DNA of 64,000 nucleotides from positions 62,001 through 126,000 of the forward strand of contig NIVC01001408.1 of the NCBI GenBank assembly GCA_002269645.1. The letters run 5' to 3'. Below, one piece after another: positions 1 through 9,979 of the stretch. Position 1 is the first letter of the stretch, and each line of letters starts with the position of its first letter. The position numbers and the translations under genes were made by a program. The notes beneath the pieces were generated by a model. It saw only the letters and a list, made by a program, of their open reading frames with translations. It did not search any database and was not told the origin of the DNA. The stretch comes from Macrostomum lignano (lineage: Eukaryota).

Positions 1-116
1 CTAGAATTTTCAGGATTATACTTTTATTGACAGGTAGATTAGTTAACTATTATCATGCATTCAGTTTCACGGTTAATGCATGTGTCGATGCATTTTGGCC
101 TCGATTCGAGAATAAT

Positions 117-776
117 ATGCTATATTCGATTGTAATAATACTCACCTGCTATATTGTTTTGGCAGGCAGTCAGTGCCAGTCGAACTACTATTTCAATGTA
201 AACACCCAATCATGCGAAAGGTGTCCAACAGAATGTACATCTTCTACCATAGACCAATCAGCAATGACACCGTTTTGGCAGACAAAATGCGCCAAATTTC
301 ACCTTGATGGCGACTGTTATCGACGACCAAACGCTGTCAAATCTACCGCGAGAACGCAATCTCTTACTGTGACTACAATATCGCCTGAAGCTACTGAATT
401 ATCGGAAATAAATAAAGTAACAGTGGCTACTCTCTCTGTTACGGTTCCTCTGATTGGTATTTGTGTCATAGTTGCTGTTGTTTTAGTCTACAGATTTAGG
501 TCGAAAGTGAAGTTAAATTGCCTCACGGAATTTCGTCAAAATGATGACATGGCACCAAGTGCGACGATCGATGCTAAAATGAATAACGCTTCAGTCGAGA
601 CAAGCGAACTGCTACGTGATTCGGCACCAGCTGTAGAAGTCGAAGCGACACCTGCAGAGTATCCAGAGAAGCCAATTCCTCCTCGTTGTGATCCTCTCCT
701 GCCCACTGCACCTTCTTCAACTACTTTGAGTAGTCAGCCTACAGTCACTTCTCCGCCTGTTGAGACTGTAACTTGA
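117..776 (+). CDS. Single-exon type I membrane protein with one TNFR-type cysteine-rich domain (BCMA/TACI/Grindelwald-like), 219 aa
   Basis: First ATG at 117 (the track start at 27 is TTG). Signal-like MLYSIVIILTCYIVLAG is followed by C-x12-C-x2-C-x3-C with YF (CQSNYYFNVNTQSCERCPTEC), a Thr/Ser stalk, a TM helix (VTVATLSVTVPLIGICVIVAVVLVY) then RFRSK, and a Pro/Ser/Thr tail. AATAAA at 960-965. Confidence 0.65.
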   Translation: MLYSIVIILTCYIVLAGSQCQSNYYFNVNTQSCERCPTECTSSTIDQSAMTPFWQTKCAKFHLDGDCYRRPNAVKSTARTQSLTVTTISPEATELSEINKVTVATLSVTVPLIGICVIVAVVLVYRFRSKVKLNCLTEFRQNDDMAPSATIDAKMNNASVETSELLRDSAPAVEVEATPAEYPEKPIPPRCDPLLPTAPSSTTLSSQPTVTSPPVETVT

Positions 777-1129
777 GCAACTGAGGGACAACAAATCAAT
801 GCGTTTGGTAATAGATCAGACTCTAAAGGATTTTGACAAGCAGCCAAGATAAGATTAAACAACATCTGATTCAAGGAAGCATCTATGCTCGCTTCGCTTC
901 TGATTACTTTTCAGAGTTCAATAGATGCGATTTTTTTTTCCTTTACGAACGTAACCAATAATAAATCAATAATAACTAAACACGTCATCGCACGGATTGG
1001 TTTCTGTATAGTCACTCTAGTAAAGCTTTGGCCACTAGAAAGATATTTAATGAATAATTATTTACTTTTTTAGATAAAATCTGATTGAAAAGTAATTAAA
1101 ATTAGATCCATCCGGGTTTGAGCCGAGTT

Positions 1130-1420
1130 AGGTGAGCCTGTCCGGAGTATAGGCAGGCCTTTCAAATATGATGTGCTCCACATTCTTAACACCTGGAAAG
1201 CAGAATGGATTTTCCTCACTGCGGATTATTCTCTGGAGGTATCAATGCCTGTCAAAATAGCCATCTCTTTGCCCCAGACTCGCTGATTGCACAGCCTCAT
1301 TAAGCACAGTAGCTGATGACAGCAACTCGACGTCACACACAGCCGAGGCAGCTGCCAAACTGTGTAGAAATTTTGGAAAGAAAAATGTTCCAGCGCTATT
1401 CCATTCTGCCCGAGTTGAAT
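1130..1420 (-). mobile_element. Degenerate fragment of a non-LTR retrotransposon (LINE) ORF2 C-terminus
   Basis: Minus-strand frames give ...AEWNSAGTFFFP..., ...MAILTG(H) and then YLQRIIRSEENPFCFPGVKNVEHIIFERPAY. This resembles the LTGH...YL.RI...P.C..G..E.VEH..F.CP.Y zinc-knuckle end of R1/I/LOA-type LINEs; it is broken by frameshifts and a stop. Confidence 0.45.
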
Positions 1421-1947
1421 CCCCATTATATACAGACGTGGCTTTGCTTGTGACTATTCAGTTTGTAAATAACATATGTACTGTATAAATATGTTGAATA
1501 AATAACACTTTTATATTATAATAATTATAATTATTACGTTTTGTTGTTTTTTATGTACAATATAAATTTTTTTAAAATAAATTCAAATATCTCTCTTTAA
1601 AGTTTCTTTAGTGTTTTGTTACAAATATGATACAAATACAGTTGTGTTCATTAGAACCTGCTGGACTATGCTTTTTTAATGGGATACCTTCACAACGTCA
1701 AAATCTCTAACAAAGGAGTTCACAACGGTCGAAATTCACAAACTTGTTATAAAAAGGCAAAAAGCTAACTTATTATAGCTTTCAAAATATCTGCAGAGTA
1801 CTATATATTGGATTAAGTTCATTGTAACCTAGTTTACTCTGTCCCTCCCTCTGTCTAATTTCAGATCCAGACAATTGAAGATAATTTAAACGGAAATTGA
1901 AAAAAACAGCGGTATTTGAAGCAAACTTAAAACACGAGACCAAAACA

Positions 1948-4900
1948 ATGGCGGCTACGGACGCCTCTCTATTCTTGGCGTTAGGTATTATAATTAGCTA
2001 CGCTATACTACTGATAATAGCAGCGATAGCTACTGTCGTTAAGCGTAGAATTTGTTGTCGTACTAATCCCGCTCAGGCTGAGCCTTCTGCTCGAGTTGCA
2101 GCCGCATACTCTGTTGCTGGCGCCGGTTCTAGCAGCTCAGCTAAGGCCAATTTACACAGAGATCGGGATCCTGAATCTGTGGAGCCTCTGCTAAGTTCGT
2201 CAGGTGGTCAATCGGCTGAGAAACCCCCCGATTCGTCTCGAGTTGTCAACGAGCAGCAGCCGCAAGAGGACGATAACGAAGATGATGCAGCAAAATTCTT
2301 TGCTGGCGAGCAGCCGTCTCCAATTTCGTCTAGGCGTAAACCGGAGACCGTTGTTAAACTGACAAGCGACGATTCTTTTAGCGACTTAGCCCGCCGTCCG
2401 CTGCCTCCCGTAGCTGCCGTGTCCGGCGTTACGAGTCCCGGCTCTGAGGCCGCCGCCGCCGCCGCCGCTGCAGCTGCAGCTGCTGACTCCAAGAAACAAA
2501 AAGATGAGAAAGCAGAAAAGAAAAGCAGCAGCAGCAGTGACAGTGATGAAAAAAGCAGTGGCAAAAGTAAAAGCAGCAGTGACAAGAGTGGTAGCGGTAA
2601 CGACAGCGAAAGCAAAAAGAAGCAAAAGCAGAAAAAGAAAAAGAAGAGAAGTAGGCAAAGAAAAAGTAACGACAGAAGTGGCAGTAGCAGCGAAGAAGAA
2701 CATAAGAACAGAATTGACGAGAACAAACAGTTTATTGCTCCTGCTTCTGGCGACGAAACGAATGATGAACCAGTCTGGATACGAGCTGACGACGTTGATG
2801 CTTCAACAGGACTTCAACCAGTTACGGAAGTTGAGGAAGCCGATCAAAAAGATGAAACTGTTGGCGATAAGACTACAGATGACAATCAGTTAGTTCAGGA
2901 GGATGAGTCTGAGGTACAGCCTAACGCAGGTGAGGCTGAATTAGAGGCCAATCGACCGGTTGGAGCAACTTTTTTCAACGAAGAAGAACGTCCTGTGACT
3001 GAAAGTTTAGAACCAGAAAATTTCGATTCTTCCATCAAGAAAGAAACAGACGAGCATGAGGATGAGAAGCGCAACCCCGAGTCTGAGGATGAGAAGCGCA
3101 ACCCCGAGTCTGAGGAAGAGAAACAAAAATCCGAGTCTGAAAAAGAGAAGCAAAAATCCGAGTCTGAGGAAGAGAAGCGCAAATCCGAGTCTGAGGATGA
3201 GAAGCACAAATTCGAGTCTGAGGAAGAGAAGCGCAAATCCGAGTCTGAGGATGAGAAGCGCAAATCCGAGTTTGAGGATGAGAAGCCGGAATCCGAGTCT
3301 GAGGATGAGAAGCCAAAATCCGAGTCTGAGGATGAGAAGCCGAAATCCGAGTCTGATGATGAGAAGCCGAAATCCGAGTCTGAGGATGAGAAGCGCAGAT
3401 CCGAGTCTGATGATGAGAAGCGCAAATCCGAATCGAAAGAAGAGTATGTGGAGAGTGAAGAAAAGCTGAAGGAAAAGGAGGATGTGGGGGAGGAGAAGCC
3501 ACAAGAAGAGGATGTGGAGGAGGAAAAAACACAGGAGAATGTGGAGAAGGAAGAGAAGCCACAAGAAGAGGATGTGGAGGAGGAAGAGAAGCCACAAGAA
3601 GAGGATGTGGAGAAGGAAGAGAAGCCACAAGAAGAGGACGTGGAGGAGGAAAAGAAACCACAAGAAGAGGATGTGGAGGAGGAAGAGAAGCTGAAGGAAG
3701 AGGAGGATGCGGAGGAGGAGGAGAAACCACAAGAAGAGGATGTGGACGAGGAAGAGAAGCTGAAGGAAGAAGAGGATGCGGAGGAGGAGGAGAAACCACA
3801 GGAGGATGTGGAGGAGGAAGAGAAACCACAAGAACAGGATGTGGAGGAGGAAGAGAAGCCACAAGAAGAGGATGTGGAGGAGGAAGAGAAGCTGAAGGAA
3901 GAGGAGGATGCGGAGGAGGAGGAGAAACCACAAGAAGAGGATGTGGAGGAGGAAGAGAAACCACAAGAAGAGGATGTAGAGGAGGAAGAGAAGCTGAAGG
4001 ATGAAGAGGATGCGGAGGAGGAGGAGAAACCACAGGAGGATGTGGAGGAGGAAGAGAAACCACAAGAAGAGGATGCGGAGGAGGAGGAGAAACCACAAGA
4101 AGAGGATGTGGAGGAGGAAGAGCAGCTGAAGGAAGAGGAGGATGCGAAGGAGGAGAAACCACAGGAGGATTTAGAGGAGGAAGAGAAACCACAAGAAGAG
4201 GATGTGGACGAGGAAGAGAAGCTGAAGGAAGAAGAGGATGCGGAGGAGGAGGAGAAAACACAGGAGGATGTCGAGGAGGAAGAGAAACCACAAGAAGAGG
4301 ATGTGGAGGAGGAAGAGAAGCTGAAGGAAGAGGAGGATGCAGAGGAGGAGGAGAAACCACAAGAAGAGGATGTGGACGAGGAAGAGAAGCTGAAGGAAGA
4401 AGAGGATGCGGAGGAGGAGGAGAAACCACAGGAGGATGTGGAGGAGGAAGAGAAACCACAAGAACAGGATGTGGAGGAGGAAGAGAAGCCACAAGAAGAG
4501 AATGTGGAGGAGGAAGAGAAGCTGAAGGAAGAGGAGGATGCGGAGGAGGAGGAGAAACCACAAGAAGAGGATGTGGAGGAGGAAGAGAAACCACAAGAAG
4601 AGGATGTAGAGGAGGAAGAGAAGCTGAAGGATGAAGAGGATGCGGAGGAGGAGGAGAAACCACAGGAGGATGTGGAGGAGGAAGAGAAACCACAAGAAGA
4701 GGATGCGGAGGAGGAGGAGAAACCACAAGAAGAGGATGTGGAGGAGGAAGAGCAGCTGAAAGAAGAGGAGGATGCGAAGGAGGAGAAACCACAGGAGGAT
4801 TTAGAGGAGGAAGAGAAACCACAAGAAGAGGATGTGGACGAGGAAGAGAAGCTGAAGGAAGAAGAGGATGCGGAGGAGGAGAAGAAAACACAGGAGGATG

Positions 4901-7245
4901 TCGAGGAGGAAGAGAAACCACAAGAAGAGGATGTGGAGGAGGAAGAGAAGCTGAAGGAAGAGGAGGATGCGGAGGAGGAGGAGAAACCACAAGAAGAGGA
5001 TGTGGAGGAGGAAGAGCAGCTGAAGGAAGAGGAGGATGCGAAGGAGGAGAAACCACAGGAGGATTTAGAGGAGGAAGAGAAACCACAAGAAGAGGATGTG
5101 GACGAGGAAGAGAAGCTGAAGGAAGAAGAGGATGCGGAGGAGGAGGAGAAAACACAGGAGGATGTCGAGGAGGAAGAGAAACCACAAGAAGAGGATGTGG
5201 AGGAGGAAGAGAAGCTGAAGGAAGAGGAGGATGCGGAGGAGGAGGAGAAACCACAAGAAGAGGATGTGGAGGAGGAAGAGAAGCCACAAGAAGAGGATGT
5301 GGAGGAGGAAGAGAAGCTGAAGGAAGAAGAGGATGCGGAGGAGGAGGAGAAACCACAGGAGGATGTGGAGGAGGAAGAGAAACCACAAGAAGAGGATGTG
5401 GAGGAGGAAGAGAAGCCACAAGAAGAGGATGTGGATGATGAAGAGAAACCACAAGAAGAGGATGTGGAGGAGGAAGAGAAACCACAAGAAGAGGATGTGG
5501 AGGAGGAAGAGAAACCACAAGAAGAGGAGGTGGATGAGGAAGAGAAGCTGAAGGAAGAAGAGGATGCGGAGGAGGAGGAGAAACCACAGGAGGATGTGGA
5601 GGAGGAAGAGAAACCACAAGAAGAGGATGTGGAGGAGGAAGAGAAGCCACAAGAAGAGGATGTGGATGATGAAGAGAAACCACAAGAAGAGGATGTGGAG
5701 GAGGAAGAGAAACCACAAGAAGAGGATGTGGAGGAGGAAGAGAAACCACAAGAAGAGGATGTGGATGAGGAAGAGAAGCTGAAGGAAGAAGAGGATGCGG
5801 AGGAGGAGGAGAAACCACAAGAAAAGGATGTGGAGGAGGAAGAGAAGCCACAAGAAGAGGATGTGGAGGAGGAAGAGAAAACACAAGAAGAGGATGTGGA
5901 GGAGGAAGGGAAACCACAAGAAGAGGATGTGAATGAGGAAGAGAAACCACAAGAAGAGGATGTGGAAGAGGAAGAGAAACCACAAAAAGAGGATGTGGAG
6001 AAGTCAGAGAAACCACAAGATAAGGATGTAGAGGAGGAAAAGAAACCACAAGAAAAGGATGTGGAGGAGGAAGAGAAACCACAAGAACAGGATGTGGAGA
6101 AGGAAGAGAAACCACAAGAGGATGTTGACAAGGAAGAGAAGCTGAAGGAAGAGGAGGATGTGGAGGAGGAGGAGAAACCACAAGAAGAGGATGTGGACGC
6201 GGAAGAGAAACCACAAGAAGAGGATGTGGAAAAGGAAAAGAAACCACAAGAAGAGGACGCGGAGAAGGAAGAGAAACCACAAGAAGAGAATGTGGAGGAA
6301 GAGGAGAAACCACAGGAGGATGTAGAGGAGGAAGAGAAGCCACAAGAAGAGGATGTGGAGGATAAAGACAATCCAAAAGAAGAGGAGGATGTGGAGGATG
6401 AAGAGAAGCCGAAAGAAGAGGAGGATATGGAGGAGAAGCCGAAGGAAGAGGAGGATGCGGAGGAGAAGCCGAAGGAAGAGGAGGATGCGGAGGAGAAGCC
6501 GAAGGAAGAGGAGGATGCGGAGGAGAAGCCGAAGGAAGAGGAGGATGCGGAGGAGAAGCCGAAGGAAGAGGAGGATGCGGAGGAGAAGCCGAAGGAACAG
6601 GAGGATGCGGAGGAAAAGCCGAAGGAAGAGGAGGATGCGGAGGTTGAAGAGAAGCCAAAAGAAGATTATGTGGAAGAGGAGGAGAAGCCGAAGAAAGAGG
6701 AGGATGCGGAGGATGAAGAGAAGCCGAAAGAAGATGATGTGGAAGAGGAGGAGAAGCCGAAGAAAGAGGAGGATGCGGAGGATGAAGAGAAGCCGAAAGA
6801 AGATGATGTGGAAGAGGAGGAGAAGCCGAAGGAAGAGGAGGATGCGGAGGATGAAGAGAAGCCAAAAGAAGATTATGTGGAAGAGGAGGAGAAGCCGAAG
6901 AAAGAGGAGGATGCGGAGGATGAAGAGAAGCCGAAAGAAGATGATGTGGAAGAGGAGGAGAAGCCGAAGGAAGAGGAGGATGCGGAGGATAAAGAGAAGC
7001 CAAAAGAAGATGATGTGGAAGAGGAGGAGAAGCCGAAGGAAGAGGAGGATGCGGAGGATAAAGAGAAGCCAAAAGAAGATGATGTGGAAGAGGAGGAGAA
7101 GCCGAAGAAAGAGGAGGATGCGGAGGATGAAGAGAAGCCAAAAGAAGATGATGTGGAAGAGGAGGAGAAGCCGAAGGAAGATGAGGACGTGGAGGAAGAA
7201 AAACCACTAGAAGAGGACGTGGAGGAGAAGCCGAAAGAAGCTTAG
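1948..7245 (+). CDS. Membrane-anchored, extremely Glu/Lys-rich repeat protein (1765 aa), function unknown
   Basis: ATG at 1948 follows a splice-acceptor-like CTAATTTCAG at 1855-1864. An N-terminal hydrophobic helix (LFLALGIIISYAILLIIAAIATVV) is followed by KRRICC, an Ala/Ser/Lys-rich segment, SESEDEK repeats and ~1250 aa of KPQEEDVEEEE / KPKEEEDAEE repeats. The frame stays open for 5.3 kb and all repeat units are multiples of 3. Confidence 0.75.
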   Translation: MAATDASLFLALGIIISYAILLIIAAIATVVKRRICCRTNPAQAEPSARVAAAYSVAGAGSSSSAKANLHRDRDPESVEPLLSSSGGQSAEKPPDSSRVVNEQQPQEDDNEDDAAKFFAGEQPSPISSRRKPETVVKLTSDDSFSDLARRPLPPVAAVSGVTSPGSEAAAAAAAAAAAADSKKQKDEKAEKKSSSSSDSDEKSSGKSKSSSDKSGSGNDSESKKKQKQKKKKKRSRQRKSNDRSGSSSEEEHKNRIDENKQFIAPASGDETNDEPVWIRADDVDASTGLQPVTEVEEADQKDETVGDKTTDDNQLVQEDESEVQPNAGEAELEANRPVGATFFNEEERPVTESLEPENFDSSIKKETDEHEDEKRNPESEDEKRNPESEEEKQKSESEKEKQKSESEEEKRKSESEDEKHKFESEEEKRKSESEDEKRKSEFEDEKPESESEDEKPKSESEDEKPKSESDDEKPKSESEDEKRRSESDDEKRKSESKEEYVESEEKLKEKEDVGEEKPQEEDVEEEKTQENVEKEEKPQEEDVEEEEKPQEEDVEKEEKPQEEDVEEEKKPQEEDVEEEEKLKEEEDAEEEEKPQEEDVDEEEKLKEEEDAEEEEKPQEDVEEEEKPQEQDVEEEEKPQEEDVEEEEKLKEEEDAEEEEKPQEEDVEEEEKPQEEDVEEEEKLKDEEDAEEEEKPQEDVEEEEKPQEEDAEEEEKPQEEDVEEEEQLKEEEDAKEEKPQEDLEEEEKPQEEDVDEEEKLKEEEDAEEEEKTQEDVEEEEKPQEEDVEEEEKLKEEEDAEEEEKPQEEDVDEEEKLKEEEDAEEEEKPQEDVEEEEKPQEQDVEEEEKPQEENVEEEEKLKEEEDAEEEEKPQEEDVEEEEKPQEEDVEEEEKLKDEEDAEEEEKPQEDVEEEEKPQEEDAEEEEKPQEEDVEEEEQLKEEEDAKEEKPQEDLEEEEKPQEEDVDEEEKLKEEEDAEEEKKTQEDVEEEEKPQEEDVEEEEKLKEEEDAEEEEKPQEEDVEEEEQLKEEEDAKEEKPQEDLEEEEKPQEEDVDEEEKLKEEEDAEEEEKTQEDVEEEEKPQEEDVEEEEKLKEEEDAEEEEKPQEEDVEEEEKPQEEDVEEEEKLKEEEDAEEEEKPQEDVEEEEKPQEEDVEEEEKPQEEDVDDEEKPQEEDVEEEEKPQEEDVEEEEKPQEEEVDEEEKLKEEEDAEEEEKPQEDVEEEEKPQEEDVEEEEKPQEEDVDDEEKPQEEDVEEEEKPQEEDVEEEEKPQEEDVDEEEKLKEEEDAEEEEKPQEKDVEEEEKPQEEDVEEEEKTQEEDVEEEGKPQEEDVNEEEKPQEEDVEEEEKPQKEDVEKSEKPQDKDVEEEKKPQEKDVEEEEKPQEQDVEKEEKPQEDVDKEEKLKEEEDVEEEEKPQEEDVDAEEKPQEEDVEKEKKPQEEDAEKEEKPQEENVEEEEKPQEDVEEEEKPQEEDVEDKDNPKEEEDVEDEEKPKEEEDMEEKPKEEEDAEEKPKEEEDAEEKPKEEEDAEEKPKEEEDAEEKPKEEEDAEEKPKEQEDAEEKPKEEEDAEVEEKPKEDYVEEEEKPKKEEDAEDEEKPKEDDVEEEEKPKKEEDAEDEEKPKEDDVEEEEKPKEEEDAEDEEKPKEDYVEEEEKPKKEEDAEDEEKPKEDDVEEEEKPKEEEDAEDKEKPKEDDVEEEEKPKEEEDAEDKEKPKEDDVEEEEKPKKEEDAEDEEKPKEDDVEEEEKPKEDEDVEEEKPLEEDVEEKPKEA

Positions 7246-8340
7246 GATTAGAAGTCAAGAGAGGAAGAAGTAATGATGAAGCAACTAAAACAAGAGAATG
7301 AAGTGATTTCCGGGGAAGTGGGTGAGGAACCAATACTGAAGTGTGTTGAGGAAAGTTCCAAAGAAGATAAATATTCTTCAAAGGTGTTAAGTTAAATGCT
7401 TTTAAAGAGATCGAGTATGGTTTTCTAGCCATTAAAAACTTTAAAAACTTTTCGACTGTTAGATTCTGTACTGCTTTGCCGAACATACATTTTTGTATTT
7501 TTCCTGCCGCGCTGTGATGAAGTTCTCTTGTAAGTGTATTTTGTTTTTTTTCTATTCCTAAATAATTGTTGCAGTATTCTTTTATCAATCATTTAAACAC
7601 TAAAACTTGTTTTACAATGAAACTATTTGACTCATTGTTGCCGAAATTATTAGAAATCTGATGAATCTTTCGTATTGCATTGTATTGTTATGTTGCTCAA
7701 ACTTACGACAGTAGTATGTCAGGCGTTTTATGGATATTCTCTTGCGCGACTATATGTTATTTAACTGATATTTTGTGCTATTTGCTGTGATTTTGCTGCA
7801 AAGCATATAGCTGGACTATAACTGTTTTTAACATATCCATTTTTGTTATACAGTTTGCTTTTTATCTGAGTTTTTTTTAGTTTTGACAGGCTTCAAAAAT
7901 CATTTTCATAACTTTTTTTCTTGTATTGTTTTGTCATTTTTAGTCGATTAGATTTTTTATATCCTTACAACCTTTCCGTTAGTAGTATGCGATATGAGTT
8001 GAACTACTTTTGTAGTTAAATATTGTTTTTTTGTCAAGTTGCCTTGTTTTGTTCTGACAATTGCAGTTGTTGTGTTTTTCTAACAGGTCTCATTCTACTC
8101 ATCAAGTACTGTGTGTATTTTTCTGAGATAAATTAATTAACAAAAGATTTACCAATTTTTGAACAAAATTATACAACACCTAATTTGCTTTTACTGTTTT
8201 TGGATAATTTAAGGAGTTTAGTTTTTGTGCTGTTTATTGTTCATTGGAGTTAAGGTATTAGAAATTCTTGAATTATCACTGACTAGCAGTTGATGTAGTC
8301 GGGTCTACGTTTCTGTTAGAGTAGTCATGCTTTTTAAAGA

Positions 8341-9073
8341 AATACCTAACACTTCTAAAATTTACCTCACGCTTTCTTAAAAATCACCTCACACTTTTCT
8401 AAGAAAAACCTCAGACTTTTCTAAGAATCAACTTACGCTTTTATAAAATCACCGCGCTTTTCTAAGAAACACCACGCTTTCTAAGAAACACCACGCTTTT
8501 CTAAGAAACACCTCACGCTTTTCTAAGAATCAACTTACGCTTTTATAAAATCACCGCGCTTTTCTAAGAAACACCACGCTTTCTAAGAAACACCACGCTT
8601 TTCTAAGAAACACCTCACGCTTTTCTAAGAATCAACTTACGCTTTTATAAAATCACCGCGCTTTTCTAAGAAACACCAAGCTTTCTAAGAAACACCACGC
8701 TTTTCTAAGAAACACCTCACGCTTTTCTAAGAATCAACTTACACTTTTTTAAGAAACACCATAGTTTTCTAAGAATCACTCCACGGTTTTCTAATAAACC
8801 AGGTTTTTCTAAGAATCGCCTCACTATTTTCTACGAAACACATCACGTTTTTGTAAAAAACACCACGCTTTTCTAAAAATCGCCTCACGCTTTTCTAAGA
8901 ATCACCTTACTTTCCAAGAGTGCCATCCTCTTTTTCCAAGAATCACTTTACCTTATAAGAGACATCTCATTTGTTAAGAACCTCTGTGCTTTTAAGAGTC
9001 ACCCCATTTTCCATGAATTACCCCCACTATTCCACGACACAGTTCACTTTCTAAGAATCACCTCACGCTTTTC
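8341..9073. repeat. Degenerate ~20-bp minisatellite (CACGCTTTTCTAAGAAACAC) with 102-bp higher-order unit, upstream of KIF2
   Basis: The marker AATCAACTTAC recurs at 8426, 8528, 8630 and 8732. Confidence 0.85.
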
Positions 9074-9346
9074 AATATCAATTAACTTGCACATTTCCAA
9101 CAAAAATACTCTAAGAATCAGCCTTTGAGTTTCCTCTCTATAAAAATCGTCATCAAAAGGGTGTAGATCAGAAATTGCTAGCTTTAAAACCTCTTTAACA
9201 TTAAACAATCGTTCAACTCAATTCATGTCTGGTGTCAAACTCAAACAAAAGGAGCGAACCAGAATTTGTCCAATCGGCAATAAAACAAAATTCATTCATA
9301 TAGAAAATCCCCAGTCTGTTGTAATTGGCACTAGAAAGTTATAATA

Positions 9347-9892
9347 ATGTCGGACCCGGAATTCGGCTCGATATTAGTTGGCACCAATGTCGATATTCAA
9401 CGCACCGACGGTCGCATCCATTCGGCCATTGTTAGCGGCATCAACCGGGACAGTCACAGCGTCACAGTTGAATGGTTCGAACGGGGCGAAGCTAAAGGCA
9501 AAGAGATCGAATTGGAGGCCATTTTTCAATTGAACCCCGGCCTGGCACCGGCCGACGGCGGCGGCGGAGGTGGAGGCGGCGGTGCCAACATCGGCGGCGG
9601 CGGCGGTTCCATTGACTACGGCGTTAACGGAGGCGGCGGTGGCAACGCCTCTGAAGCCAGTGTTGGCGCCTCCTTCAGCCACCGGGAGCCGGCGGGGCCG
9701 GCGGCTCAGCAACAGCCAGTGGTAGCGGCGGCAGCGGGGCCGGGGTCAAAAGGTCGGCCAACAGCCATTCCTAGCGCTCGAGGTGCCGGCTCGCAGCCGA
9801 AACAGCAGCAGCCAGCAGCCAGATACGCTCCTCCGCCACCTCCTGTTGAGCCGCAAGATTCTATTGACGAAGATGATTATGGCGGTCAGGCG
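9347..9892 (+). CDS. KIF2: Kinesin-13 (KIF2A-like) exon 1
   Basis: The N-terminal domain FGSILVGTNVDIQRTDGRIHSA...VTVEWFERGEAKGKEIELEAIFQLNP matches the KIF2A N-terminus. Donor GCG|GTTAGT at 9892/9893, phase 0. Confidence 0.88.
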
Positions 9893-9979
9893 GTTAGTTA
9901 AGCTGGCGAATGCTGCTGCTTTTAGTTTTAGTTATACTTAGCATGCGGAGTCGAATCGTGAAACTGTTTGTAGTAGCGT

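Noticed and set aside
27-116. N-terminal extensions from TTG/GTG starts in the ORF track (27, 1897, 11064, 12079, 12977, 14305)
   Set aside because: The sequence is eukaryotic; these are non-ATG starts or exon-internal positions explained by splicing.
7243-7251. TAG reassignment (non-standard genetic code)
   Set aside because: No in-frame TAG occurs inside the conserved KIF2, PLC or Pol coding sequence, and Pol itself ends at TAG.
2895-7588. Very long antisense ORFs (1158 aa Ser-rich, 1517 aa Pro/Leu/His-rich) and the Arg-rich, protamine-like +1 frame ORFs such as 6353-7210
   Set aside because: They are shadows of the purine-rich Glu repeat: the + strand has few TTA/CTA/TCA triplets, so the other frames stay open. 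They have no independent features.
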